DNA from: the human T2T-CHM13v2.0 reference genome, Homo sapiens
Length of the DNA stretch: 64,000 nucleotides
NCBI RefSeq assembly: GCF_009914755.1
Contig: NC_060948.1
Reading direction: 5' to 3' (one strand)
Shown here: one piece after another, positions 39,408-53,623 of the stretch
Layout of the letters: each line of letters starts with the position of its first letter
Position numbering within the stretch: the first letter of the stretch is position 1
Position numbers and translations under genes: made by a program
Notes under the pieces: generated by a model
The model's database searches: none
Told to the model about the DNA's origin: nothing
What the model saw: the letters and a program-made list of their open reading frames with translations, nothing else

Positions 39408-42400
39408 GGCCTGGAATAAAGTGGAATGCTACGGTCTCGAGTGGAATAAAAATGTATGGAATGGAATGCAATGAAACGGAATCGAATGTCATAGAATGTA
39501 ATGGAATGCAAAAAAATGGAATCCAAAATCATTGACTGGAAAGGCTGGGTGTCGAAAGGAATTGACTCCAATGGAATGGAATCGAATGGAATGGAAGTGA
39601 ATAGAATCGAACTAAATCGAATGGAATGGAATTGATAGGAACGGAATGGAAAGGAATGCAATGATTTGGCACGGAATGGAATCGAATGGCATCGAATGGA
39701 ATGGAATGGAATGCAATGGAATGGAACGTATTAGAATGTAATGAACTTTAATGGAATGTACTCGAATGGAATCGACTGGAATGGAATGTTCTGGAAGTGA
39801 ATGGACTCCAATGGAATGGATACAAAAGGAATGGAATCGTACGGAATGGAATCTAATGGAATGGAATTAAATGGAAATGAATCAAATTGAATAGCATGGA
39901 ATTGAATTGAATGGAATCAAATGCAATGGAATCTAATGAAACGGAAAGGAAAGGAATGGAATGGAATGGAATGGGCTGGAATGGAAAGGAATCGAAACGA
40001 ATGGAATGGAATCGAATTGACGAGACTGGAATGGAATGCACTGGAATGGAAGGGAGTGTAATGGAAGGTTCTCGAAAAAAATGGAATCGAATGGAATGGA
40101 ATTGAATGGAACGGAATAGAGTCGAATGGAATTGAATAGAATGGAATGGACTAGAGTGAAATGGAATCGAACCACAAGGAATGGACAGGAATAGAATGGT
40201 CTCGAATTGAATGGAATCGTATGGAATGGCATCAAACGGAATGGAATGGACAGCCACGGAATGGAATGCACTCGAATGCAATGGAGTCGAAACTAATGGA
40301 CTGGAATAGAATGGACTCGACAGGTACGGACTCCAATGGAATGGAATCGAATGGAAGGGAATCGAACGGAATGGACTCGAAGGGAAAAGACTGCAATGGA
40401 AAGGTCTCGAATGGAATGGAAATTAATGGAATGGAATGGAATCGAATGAAATGGAGTCAAAAGGAATGGAATCGAATGGCAAGAAATCGAATGTAATGGA
40501 ATCGCAAGGAATTGATGTGAACGGAACGAAATGGAATGGAATCCAAAGGAATGGAATAGAATGGAATGGAATCGAATGGAAAGGACTCGAATGGAAATCA
40601 CTCGAATAGAATGCAATTTAATAAAATAGGATCAAATGTAATGGAATGGAATGGAAAGGAATCGAAACGAAAGGAATGGAGACAGATGGAATGGAATGGA
40701 ACAGAGAGCAATGGTATAGAATGGAATGGAATCATCTGGAATGGAATTGAATGGAATGGAATAATATGAAATGGAATGGAATGGAATGGAATGGAATGCC
40801 CTTGAATTAAATGGACTGGAATGGAATGGACTCGAACAGAGTGGAATGGAAAGTGTTGAGATAGAATAGAATGGACTCGTTTGGAATGGTCTAGTATGCA
40901 ATGCAATCGACTGGCAGGGAATCAAAAGGAATGTAATGGAATGGATTGGACAGGAATGAAATGGACTCGAATAGATTGGAAACGGAATGCAAAGGAATGG
41001 AATGGAATAGTATGGAATGGAATGGAAAGGAATGGAGTGCAATAGACTAGACTGGAATGGAATGGACTGGAAAGCAATGGACTGGAATGGAACTTTCTTG
41101 AATGGACTGGAATCAAACGGAATGGAATGCAATGCAATCAAATGGCATGGAATAAAATAGAATGAAAGAGAATCAAATGGAATTGAATCGAATGGAATCG
41201 AATGGATTGGAAAGGAATAGAATGGAATGGAATGGAATTGACTCAAATGGAATGGACTAGAATGGAATGGATTCGAATGGAAGGCAAAGGAATGGAATCT
41301 ATTGGAATGGACTGTAATGGAATGGAATGGAAGGGATTGGAATGGACTCGAATGGAATGGACTGCAATAGAAAGGATTCGAATGGAATGAAAAAGAATTG
41401 AATGGAATAGAACAGAATGGAATCAAATCGAATGAAATGGAATGGAATAGAAAGGAATGGAATGAAATGGAATGGAAAGGATTCGAATGGAATGCAATCG
41501 AATGGAATGGAATCGAACGGAATGGAATAAAATGGAAGAAAACTGGCAAGAAATGGAATCGAAATGAATGGAGTGTTATGGAACGGACTCAAAAGGAATT
41601 GAATGTAATAGAATGGAGTGGAGTGGACTCGAATATAATGGACTGGAATGGAATGAAATCACATGGAATGGGAACGAATGGAATGGAATGGAAAGGAATG
41701 GAATCGAATGGAAAGGAATCGAATGGAAGGGAATGAAATTGAATCAACAGGAATGGAAGGGAATAGAATAGACTGTAATGGAATGGACTCGAATAGAATG
41801 GACACGAATGCTGAAATTGAATGGACTCGAATGCAATGGAAACGAAAGGAATGTCATCGAATGGAATTGAATCGATTGGAATGAAATCGCATAGAATGGA
41901 GTGGAATCAAATGGAATTGAATCGAAAGGAAAGGAAGCGAATGGACTGAAATGAAATGGAATGGAATTGAATGGAAAGTAATGCAATGGAATAGAATGGA
42001 ACGAAATTTCACAGAATGGAATCAAACTGAATGGAATCAAACCAAAGGAATCAAATCAAATGGAATGGAAAGGAATTGAATGGAGTAGATTGGATTGGAT
42101 GGGATTGGAATGAAATGTACTGGAAAGGACTCGAATTTCATGAAACGGAATGGAATGAATTGGAACGGAACGGACTCGAATGGAATGGAATGTCATGGAA
42201 TGGCATCAAATGGAATGGCATCAAATGGAATGGAATCGAATGCAATGGAATGCTATGGAATGGAATGGAATGTATTTTAATGGAATGTCCTCTAATGGAA
42301 TGGATTCGAGTGGAATGGAATCGAATATAATGGAGTCGAATGAAATGGAATTGAAAGGAATGGGATCGAATACAATGGAATATACTGGAATGTAATGTAA

Positions 42401-42951
42401 TGAACTCGAATGTAATTGACTGGAATGGAATGTACATGAATGGAATGTAATCGAATGGAAAGTAATCCAATGGAATAGAATCTAATGCAATAAAATCGAC
42501 TCAGATAGAGTAGAATGTAATGGAATGGAGTGCAGTGCAATGGAATGGAATGGAATGGAATGCAATGGAATGGAATGGAATGGAATGGAATGGAATGGTG
42601 TGGAATGGATAGTAATGGACTGGAGTGAAATGGACTGGAAAGGAATGGACTCAAATTGAATGGGCTCGAAAGGAATGGAGTCAAATGGAATGGTCTGGAA
42701 TGGAATGAACACGAATGTAATGCAATCCAATAGAATGGAATCGAATGGCATGGAATATAAAGAAATGGAATCGAAGAGAATGGAAACAAATGGAATGGAA
42801 TTGAGTGGAATGGAATTGAATGGAATGGGAACGAATGGAGTGAAATTGTATGCAGTAGAAGAGAATAGAATGGAATGCAAGCGAAAGGAAAGGAATGGAT
42901 TGGAATGGAATGGAATTCATTGGAATGGAAGGGAATGTAGTGTAATGGACA
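39408..42951 (+). repeat. DYZ1 unit, 3544 bp
   Basis: HaeIII spacing. Confidence 0.92.
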
Positions 42952-45900
42952 GGCCTGGAATAAAGTGGAATGCTACGGTCTGGAATGGAATAAAAATGTA
43001 TGGAATGGAATGCAATGAAATGGAATCGAATGTCATAGAATGTAATGGAATGCAAAAAAATGGACTCCAAAATCATTGACTGGAAAGGCTGGGTGTCGAA
43101 AGGAATTGACTCCAATGGAATGGAATCGAATGGAATGGAAGTGAATAGAATCGAACTAAATCGAATGGAATGGAATTGATAGGAACGGAATGGAAAGGAA
43201 TGCAATGATTTGGCATGGAATGGAATCGAATGGCATCGAATGGAATGGAATGGAATGCAATGGAATGGAATGTATTAGAATGGAATGAACTTTAATGGAA
43301 TGTACTCGAATGGATTCGACTGGAATGGAATGTTCTGGAAGTGAATGGACTCCAATGGAATGGATTCAAAAGGAATGGAATCGTACGGAATGGAATCTAA
43401 TGGAATGGAATTAAATGGAAATGAATCAAATTGAATAGCACGGAATTGAATTGAATGGAATGGAATGCAATGGAATCTAATGAAACGGAAAGGAAAGGAA
43501 TGGAATGGAATGGAATGGGCTGGAATGGAAAGGAATCGAAACGAATGGAATGGAATCGAACTGAAGAGACTGGAATGGAATGCACTGGAATGGAAGGGAG
43601 TGTAATGGAAGGTTCTCGAAAAAAATGGAATGGAATGGAATGGAATTGAATGGAACGGAATAGAGTCGAATGGAATTGAATGCAATGGAATGGACTAGAG
43701 TGAAATGGAATCGAACAACAAGGAATGGACAGGAATAGAATGGTCTCGAATTGAATGGAATCGTATGGAATGGCATCAAACGGAATGGAATGGACAGCCA
43801 CGGAATGGAATGCACTCGAATGCAATGGAGTCGAAACTAATGGACTGGAATAGAATGGACTCGACTGGTATGGACTCCAATGGAATGGAATCGAATGGAA
43901 GGGAATCGAACGGAATGGACTCGAAGGGAAAAGACTGCAATGGAAAGGTCTCGAATGGAATGGAAATTAATGGAATGGAATGGAATCGAATGAAATGGAG
44001 TCAAAAGGAATGGAATCGAATGGCAAGAAATCGAATGTAATGGAATCGCAAGGAATTGATGTGAACGGAACGGAATGGAATGGAATCCAAAGGAATGGAA
44101 TAGAATGGAATGGAATCGAATGGAAAGGACTCGAATGGAAATCACTCGAATAGAATGCAATTTAATAAAATAGGATCAAATGTAATGGAATGGAATGGAA
44201 AGGAATCGAAACGAAAGGAATGGAGACAGATGGAATGGAATGGAACAGAGAGCAATGGTATAGAATGGAATGGAATCATCTGGAATGGAATTGAATGGAA
44301 TGGAATAATATGAAATGGAATGGAATGGAATGGAATGGAATGCCCTTGAATTAAATGGACTGGAATGGAATGGACTCGAACAGAGTGGAATGGAAAGTGT
44401 TGAGATAGAATGGAATGGACTCCTTTGGAATGGTCTAGTATGCAATGCAATCGACTGGTAGGGAATCAAAAGGAATGTAATCGAATGGATTGGACTGGAA
44501 TGCAATGGACTCGAATAGATTGGAAACGGAATGCAAAGGAATGGAATGGAATAGTATGGAATGGAATGGAAAGGAATGGAGTGGAATAGACTAGAGTGGA
44601 ATGGAATGGACTGGAAAGCAATGGACTGGAATGGAACTTTCTTGAATGGACTGGAATCAAACGGAATGGAATGCAATGCAATCAAATGGCATGGAATAAA
44701 ATAGAATGAAAGAGAATCAAATGGAATTGAATCGAATGGAATCGAATGGATTGGAAAGGAATAGAATGGAATGGAATGGAATTGACTCAAATGGAATGGA
44801 CTAGAATGGAATGGATTCGAATGGAAGGCAAAGGAATGGAATCTATTGGAATGGACTGTAATGGAATGGAATGGAAGGGATTGGAATGGACTCGAATGGA
44901 ATGGACTGCAATAGAAAGGATTCGAATGGAATGAAAAAGAATTGAATGGAATAGAACAGAATGGAATCAAATCGAATGAAATGGAATGGAATAGAAAGGA
45001 ATGGAATGAAATGGAATGGAAAGGATTCGAATGGAATGCAATCGAATGGAATGGAATCGAACGGAATGGAATAAAATGGAAGAAAACTGGCAAGAAATGG
45101 AATCGAAATGAATGGAGTGTTATGGAACGGACTCAAAAGGAATTGAATGTAATAGAATGGAGTGGAGTGGACTCGAATATAATGGACTGGAATGGAATGA
45201 AATCACATGGAATGGGAACGAATGGAATGGAATGGAAAGGAATGGAATCGAATGGAAAGGAATCGAATGGAAGGGAATGAAATTGAATCAACAGGAATGG
45301 AAGGGAATTGAATAGACGGTAATGGAATGGAATCGAATAGAATGGACACGAATGCTCAAATTGAATGGACTCGAATGGAATGGAAACGAAAGGAATGTCA
45401 TCGAATGGAATTGAATCGATTGGAATGAAATCGCATAGAATGGAGTGGAATCAAATGGAATTGAATCGAAAGGAAAGGAAGCGAATGGACTGAAATGAAA
45501 TGGAATGGAATTGAATGGAAAGTAATGCAATGGAATAGAATGGAATGAAATTTCACGGAATGGAATCAAACTGAATGGAATCAAATCAATGGAATCTAAT
45601 CAAATGGAATGGAAAGGAATTGAATGGAGTAGATTGGATTGGATGGGATTGGAATGAAATGTACTGGAAAGGACTCGAATTTCATGAAACGGAATGGAAT
45701 GAATTGGAACGGAATGGACTCGAATGGAATGGAATGTCATGGAATGGCATCAAATGGAATGGCATCAAATGGAATGGAATCGAATGCAATGGAATGCTAT
45801 GGAATGGAATGGAATGCATTGGAATGGAATGTCCTCTAATGGAATGGATTCGAGTGGAATGGAATCGAATATAATGGAGTCGAATGAAATGGAATTGAAA

Positions 45901-46530
45901 GGAATGGGATCGAATAGAATGGAATATACTGAAATGTAATGTAATGAACTCGAATGTAATTGACTGGAATGGAATGTACATGAATGGAATGTAATCGAAT
46001 GGAAAGTAATCCAATGGAATAGAATCTAATGCAATAAAACCGACTCAGATAGAGTAGAATGTAATGGAATGGAGTGCAGTGCAATGGAATGGAATGGAAT
46101 TGAATGCAATGGAATGGAATGGAATGGAATGGAATGGAATGGAATGGAATGGAATGGAATGGAATGGGATGGAATGGTATGGAATGGATAGTAATGGACT
46201 GGAGTGAAATGGACTGGAAAGGAATTGACTCAAATTGAAATTGCTCGAAAGGAATGGAGTCAAATGGAATGGTCTGGAATGGAATGAACACGAATGTAAT
46301 GCAATGCAATAGAATGGAAACGAATGGCATGGAATATAAAGAAATGGAATCGAAGAGAATGGAAACAAATGGAATGGAATTGAATGGAATGGAATTGAAT
46401 GGAATGGGAACGAATGGAGTGAAATTGTATGCAGTAGAAGGGAATAGAATGGAATGCAAGCGAAAGGAAAGGAATGGATTGGAATGGAATGGAATTCATT
46501 GGAATGGAAGGGAATGTAGTGTAATGCACA
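42952..46530 (+). repeat. DYZ1 unit, 3579 bp
   Basis: HaeIII spacing; (GGAAT)11 at 46111-46165. Confidence 0.92.
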
Positions 46531-49500
46531 GGCCTGGAATAAAGTGGAATGCTACGGTCTCGAATGGAATAAAAATGTATGGAATGGAATGCAATGAAAC
46601 GGAATCGAATGTCATAGAATGTAATGGAATGCAAAAAAATGGAATCCAAAATCATTGACTGGAAAGGCTGGGTGTCGAAAGGAATTGACTCCAATGGAAT
46701 GGAATCGAATGGAATGGAAGTGAATAGAATCGAACTAAATCGAATGGAATGGAATTGATAGGAACGGAATGGAAAGGAATGCAATGATTTGGCATGGAAT
46801 GGAATCGAATGGCATCGAATGGAATGGAATGGAATGCAATGGAATGGAATGTATTAGAATGTAATGAACTTTAATGGAATGTACTCGAATGGATTCGACT
46901 GGAATGGAATGTTCTGGAAGTGAATGGACTCCAATGGAATGGATTCAAAAGGAATGGAATCGTACGGAATGGAATCTAATGGAATGGAATTAAATGGAAA
47001 TGAATCAAATTGAATAGCACGGAATTGAATTGAATGGAATCGAATGCAATGGAATCTAATGAAACGGAAAGGAAAGGAATGGAATGGAATGGAATGGGCT
47101 GGAATGGAAAGGAATCGAAACGAATGGAATGGAATCGAACTGAAGAGACTGGAATGGAATGCACTGGAATGGAAGGGAGTGTAATGGAAGGTTCTCGAAA
47201 AAAATGGAATCGAATGGAATGGAATTGAATGGAACGGAATAGAGTCGAATGGAATTGAATGGAATGGAATGGACTAGAGTGAAATGGAATCGAACCACAA
47301 GGAATGGACAGGAATAGAATGGTCTCGAATTGAATGGAATCGTATGGAATGGCATCAAACGGAATGGAATGGACAGCCACGGAATGGAATGCACTCGAAT
47401 GCAATGGAGTCGAAACTAATGGACTGGAATAGAATGGACTCGACTGGTACGGACTCCAATGGAAGGGAATCGAATGGAAGGGAATCGAACGGAATGGACT
47501 CGAAGGGAAAAGACTGCAATGGAAAGGTCTCGAATGGAATGGAAATTAATGGAATGGAATGGAATCGAATGAAATGGAGTCAAAAGGAATGGAATCGAAT
47601 GGCAAGAAATCGAATGTAATGGAATCGCAAGGAATTGATGTGAACGGAACGGAATGGAATGGAATCCAAAGGAATGGAATAGAATGGAATGGAATCGAAT
47701 GGAAAGGACTCGAATGGAAATCACTCGAATAGAATGCAATTTAATAAAATAGGATCAAATGTAATGGAATGGAATGGAAAGGAATCGAAACGAAAGGAAT
47801 GGAGACAGATGGAATGGAATAGAACAGAGAGCAATGGTATAGAATGGAAAGGAATCATCTGGAATGGAATTGAATGGAATGGAATAATATGAAATGGAAT
47901 GGAATGGAATGGAATGGAATGGAATGCCCTTGAATTAAATGGACTGGAATGGAATGGACTCGAACAGAGTGGAATGGAAAGTGTTGAGATAGAATGGAAT
48001 GGACTCGTTTGGAATGGTCTAGTATGCAATGCAATCGACTGGCAGGGAATCAAAAGGAATGTAATCGAATGGATTGGACTGGAATGCAATGGACTCGAAT
48101 AGATTGCAAACGGAATGCAAAGGAATGGAATGGAATAGTATGGAATGGAATGGAAAGGAATGGAGTGGAATAGACTAGACTGGAATGGAATGGACTGGAA
48201 AGCAATGGACTGGAATGGAACTTTCTTGAATGGACTGGAATCAAACGGAATGGAATGCAATGCAATCAAATGGCATGGAATAAAATAGAATGAAAGAGAA
48301 TCAAATGGAATTGAATCGAATGGAATCGAATGGATTGGAAAGGAATAGAATGGAATGGAATGGAATGGACTAGAATGGAATGGATTCGAATGGAAGGCAA
48401 AGGAATGGAATCTATTGGAATGGACTGTAATGGAATGGAATGGAAGGGATTGGAATGGACTCGAATGGAATGGACTGCAATAGAAAGGATTCGAATGGAA
48501 TGAAAAAGAATTGAATGGAATAGAACAGAATGGAATCAAATCGAATGAAATGGAATGGAATAGAAAGGAATGGAATGAAATGGAATGGAAAGGATTCGAA
48601 TGGAATGCAATCGAATGGAATGGAATCGAACGGAATGGAATAAAATGGAAGAAAACTGGCAAGAAATGGAATCGAAATGAATGGAGTGTTATGGAACGGA
48701 CTCAAAAGGAATTGAATGTAATAGAATGGAGTGGAGTGGACTCGAATATAATGGACTGGAATGGAATGAAATCACATGGAATGGGAACGAATGGAATGGA
48801 ATGGAAAGGAATGGAATCGAATGGAAAGGAATCGAATGGAAGGGAATGAAATTGAATCAACAGGAATGGAAGGGAATAGAATAGACGGTAATGGAATGGA
48901 ATCGAATAGAATGGACACGAATGCTCAAATGGAATGGACTCGAATGGAATGGAAACGAAAGGAATGTCATTGAATGGAATTGAATCGATTGGAATGAAAT
49001 CGCATAGAATGGAGTGGAATCAAATGGAATTGAATCGAAAGGAAAGGAAGCGAATGGACTGAAATGAAATGGAATGGAATTGAATGGAAAGTAATGCAAT
49101 GGAATAGAATGGAACGAAATTTCACGGAATGGAATCAAACTGAATGGAATCAAATCAATGGAATCCAATCAAATGGAATGGAGTAGATTGGATTGGATGG
49201 GATTGGAATGAAATGTACTGGAAAGGGCTCGAATTTCATGAAACGGAATGGAATGAATTGGAACGGAATGGACTCGAATGGAATGGAATGTCATAGAATG
49301 GCATCAAATGGAATGGCATCAAATGGAATGGAATCGAATGCAATGGAATGCTATGGAATGGAATGGAATGCATTGGAATGGAATGTCCTCTAATGGAATG
49401 GATTCGAGTGGAATGGAATCGAATATAATGGAGTCGAATGAAATGGAATTGAAAGGAATGGGATCGAATACAATGGAATATACTGGAATGTAATGTAATG

Positions 49501-50079
49501 AACTCGAATGTAATTGACTGGAATGGAATGTACATGAATGGAATGTAATCGAATGGAAAGTAATCCAATGGAATAGAATCTAATGCAATAAAATCGACTC
49601 AGATAGAGTAGAATGTAATGGAATGGAGTGCAGTGCAATGGAATGGAATGGAATGGAATGCAATGGAATGGAATGGAATGGAATGGAATGGAATGGAATG
49701 GAATGGAATGGAATGGGATGGAATGGTATGGAATGGATGGTAATGGACTGGAGTGAAATGGACTGGAAAGGAATGGACTCAAATTGAAAGGGCTGGAAAG
49801 GAATGGAGTCAAATGGAATGGTCTGGAATGGAATGAACACGAAAGTAATGCAATCCAATAGAATGGAATCGAATGGCATGGAATATAATGAAATGGAATC
49901 GAAGAGAATGGAAACAAATGGAATGGAATTGAATGGAATGGAATTGAATGGAATGGGAACGAATGGAGTGAAATTGTATGCAGTAGAAGGGAATAGAATG
50001 GAATGCAAGCGAAAGGAAAGGAATGGATTGGAAAGGAATGGAATTCATTGGAATGGAAGGGAATGTAGTGTAATGGACA
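46531..50079 (+). repeat. DYZ1 unit, 3549 bp
   Basis: HaeIII spacing; 15-bp deletions at ~48365 and ~49179. Confidence 0.92.
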
Positions 50080-53000
50080 GGCCTGGAATAAAGTGGAATG
50101 CTACGGTCTCGAATGGAATAAAAATGTATGGAATGGAATGCAATGAAACGGAATCGAATGTCATAGAATGTAATGGAATGCAAAAAACTGGAATCCAAAA
50201 TCATTGACTGGAAAGGCTGGGTGTCGAAAGGAATTGACTCCAATGGAATGGAATCGAATGGAATGGAAGTGAATAGAATCGAACTAAATCGAATGGAATG
50301 GAATTGATAGGAACGGAATGGAAAGGAATGCAATGATTTGGCACGGAATGGAATCGAATGGCATCGAACGGAATGGAATGGAATGCAATTGAATGGAACG
50401 TATTAGAATGTAATGAACTTTAATGGAATGTACTCGAATGGATTCGACTGTAATGGAATGTTGTGGAAGTGAATGGACTCCAATGGAATGGATTCAAAAG
50501 GAATGGAATCGTACGGAATGGAATCTAATGGAATGGAATTAAATGGAAATGAATCAAATTGAATAGCATGGAATTGAATTGAATGGAATCGAATGCAATG
50601 GAATCTAATGAAACGGAAAGGAAAGGAATGGAATGGAATGGAATGGGCTGGAATGGAAAGGAATCGAAACGAATGGAATGGAATCGAACTGAAGAGACTG
50701 GAATGGAATGCACTGGAATGGAAGGGAGTGTAATGGAAGGTTCTCGAAAAAAATGGAATCGAATGGAATGGAATTGAATGGAACGGAATAGAGTCAAATG
50801 GAATTGAATGGAATGGAATGGACTAGAGTGAAATGGAATCGAACCACAAGGAATGGACAGGAATAGAATGGTCTCGAATTGAATGGAATCGTATGGAATG
50901 GCATCAAACGGAATGGAATGGACAGCCACGGAATGGAATGCACTCGAATGCAATGGAGTCGAAACTAATGGACTGGAATAGAATGGATTCGACTGGTACG
51001 GACTCCAATGGAATGGAATCGAATGGAAGGGAATCGAACGGAATGGACTCGAAGGGAAAAGACTGCAATGGAAAGGTCTCGAATGGAATGGAAATTAATG
51101 GAATGGAATGGAATCGAATGAAATGGAGTCAAAAGGAATGGAATCGAATGGCAAGAAATCGAATGTAATGGAATCGCAAGGAATTGATGTGAACGGAACG
51201 GAATGGAATGGAATCCAAAGGAATGGAATAGAATGGAATGGAATCGAATGGAAAGGACTCGAATGGAAATCACTCGAATAGAATGCAATTTAATAAAATA
51301 GGATCAAATGTAATGGAATGGAATGGAAAGGAATCGAAACGAAAGGAATGGAGACAGATGGAATGGAATGGAACAGAGAGCAATGGTATAGAATGGAATG
51401 GAATCATCAGGAATGGAATTGAATGGAATGGAATAATATGAAATGGAATGGAATGGAATGGAATGGAATGCCCTTGAATTAAATGGACTGGAATGGAATG
51501 GACTCGAACAGAGTGGAATGGAAAGTGTTGAGATAGAATGGAATGGACTCGTTTGGAATGGTCTAGTATGCAATGCAATCGACTGGCAGGGAATCAAAAG
51601 GAATGTAATGGAATGGATTGGACTGGAATGCAATGGACTCGAATAGATTGGAAACGGAATGCAAAGGAATGGAATGGAATAGTATGGAATGGAATGGAAA
51701 GGAATGGAGTGGAATAGACTAGAGTGGAATGGAATGGACTGGAAAGCAATAGACTGGAATGGAACTTTCTTGAATGGACTGGAATCAAACGGAATGGAAT
51801 GCAATGCAATCAAATGGCATGGAATAAAATAGAATGAAAGAGAATCAAATGGAATTGAATCGAATGGAATCGAATGGATTGGAAAGGAATAGAATGGAAT
51901 GGAATGGAATTGACTCAAATGGAATGGACTAGAATGGAATGGATTCGAATGGAAGGCAAAGGAATGGAATCTATTGGAATGGACTGGAATGGAATGGAAG
52001 GGATTGGAATGGACTCGAATGGAATGGACTGCAATAGAAAGGATTCGAATGGAATGAAAAAGAATTGAATGGAATAGAACAGAATGGAATCAAATCGAAT
52101 GAAATGGAATGGAATAGAAAGGAATGGAATGAAATGGAATGGAAAGGATTCGAATGGAATGCAATCGAATGGAATGGAATCGAACGGAATGGAATAAAAT
52201 GGAAGAAAACTGGCAAGAAATGGAATCGAAATGAATGGAGTGTTATGGAACGGACTCAAAAGGAATTGAATGTAATAGAATGGAGTGGAGTGGACTCGAA
52301 TATAATGGACTGGAATGGAATGAAATCACATGGAATGGGAACGAATGGAATGGAATGGAAAGGAATGGAATCGAATGGAAAGGAATCGAATGGAAGGGAA
52401 TGAAATTGAATCAACAGGAATGGAAGGGAATAGAATAGACGGTAATGGAATGGACTCGAATTGAATGGACACGAATGCTCAAATTGAATGGACAAGAATG
52501 GAATGGAAACGAAAGGAATGTCATCGAATGGAATTGAATCGATTGGAATGAAATCGCATAGAATGGAGTGGAATCAAATGGAATTGAATCGAAAGGAAAG
52601 GAAGCGAATGGACTGAAATGAAATGGAATGGAATTGAATGGAAAGTAATGCAATGGAATAGAATGGAACGAAATTTCACGGAATGGAATCAAACTGAATG
52701 GAATCAAATCAATGGAATCTAATCAAATGGAATGGAAAGGAATTGAATGGAGTAGATTGGATTGGATGGGATTGGAATGAAATGTACTGGAAAGGACTCG
52801 AATTTCATGAAACGGAATGGAATGAATTGGAACGGAATGGACTCGAATGGAATGGAATGTCATGGAATGGCATCAAATGGAATGGCATCAAATGGAATGG
52901 AATCGAATGCAATGGAATGCTATGGAATGGAATGGAATGCATTGGAATGGAATGTCCTCTAATGGAATGTATTCGAGTGGAATGGAATCGAATATAATGG

Positions 53001-53623
53001 AGTCGAATGAAATGGAATTGAAAAGAATGGGATCGAATACAATGGAATATACTGGAATGTAATGTAATGAACTCGAATGTAATTGACTGGAATGGAATGT
53101 ACATGAATGGAATGTAATCGAATGGAAAGTAATCCAATGGAATAGAAACTAATGCAATAAAATCGACTCAAATAGAGTAGAATGTAATGGAATGGAGTGC
53201 AGTGCAATGGAATGGAATGGAATGGAATGCAATGGAATGGAATGGAATGGAATGGAATGGGATGGAATGGTGTGGAATGGATAGTAATGGACTGGTGTGA
53301 AATGGACTGGAAAGGAATGGACTCAAATTGAAAGGGCTCGAAAGGAATGGAGTCAAATGGAATGGTCTGGAATGGAATGAACACGAATGTAATGCAATCC
53401 AATAGAATGGAATCGAATGGCATGGAATATAAAGAAATGGAATCGAAGAGAATGGAAACAAATGGAATGGAATTGAATGGAATGGAATTGAATGGAATGG
53501 GAAGGAATGGAGTGAAATTGTATGCAGTAGAAGAGAATAGAATGGAATGCAAGTGAAAGGAAAGGAATGGATTGGAATGGAATGGAATTCATTGGAATGG
53601 AAGGGAATGTAGTGTAATGGACA
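50080..53623 (+). repeat. DYZ1 unit, 3544 bp
   Basis: HaeIII spacing. Confidence 0.92.
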
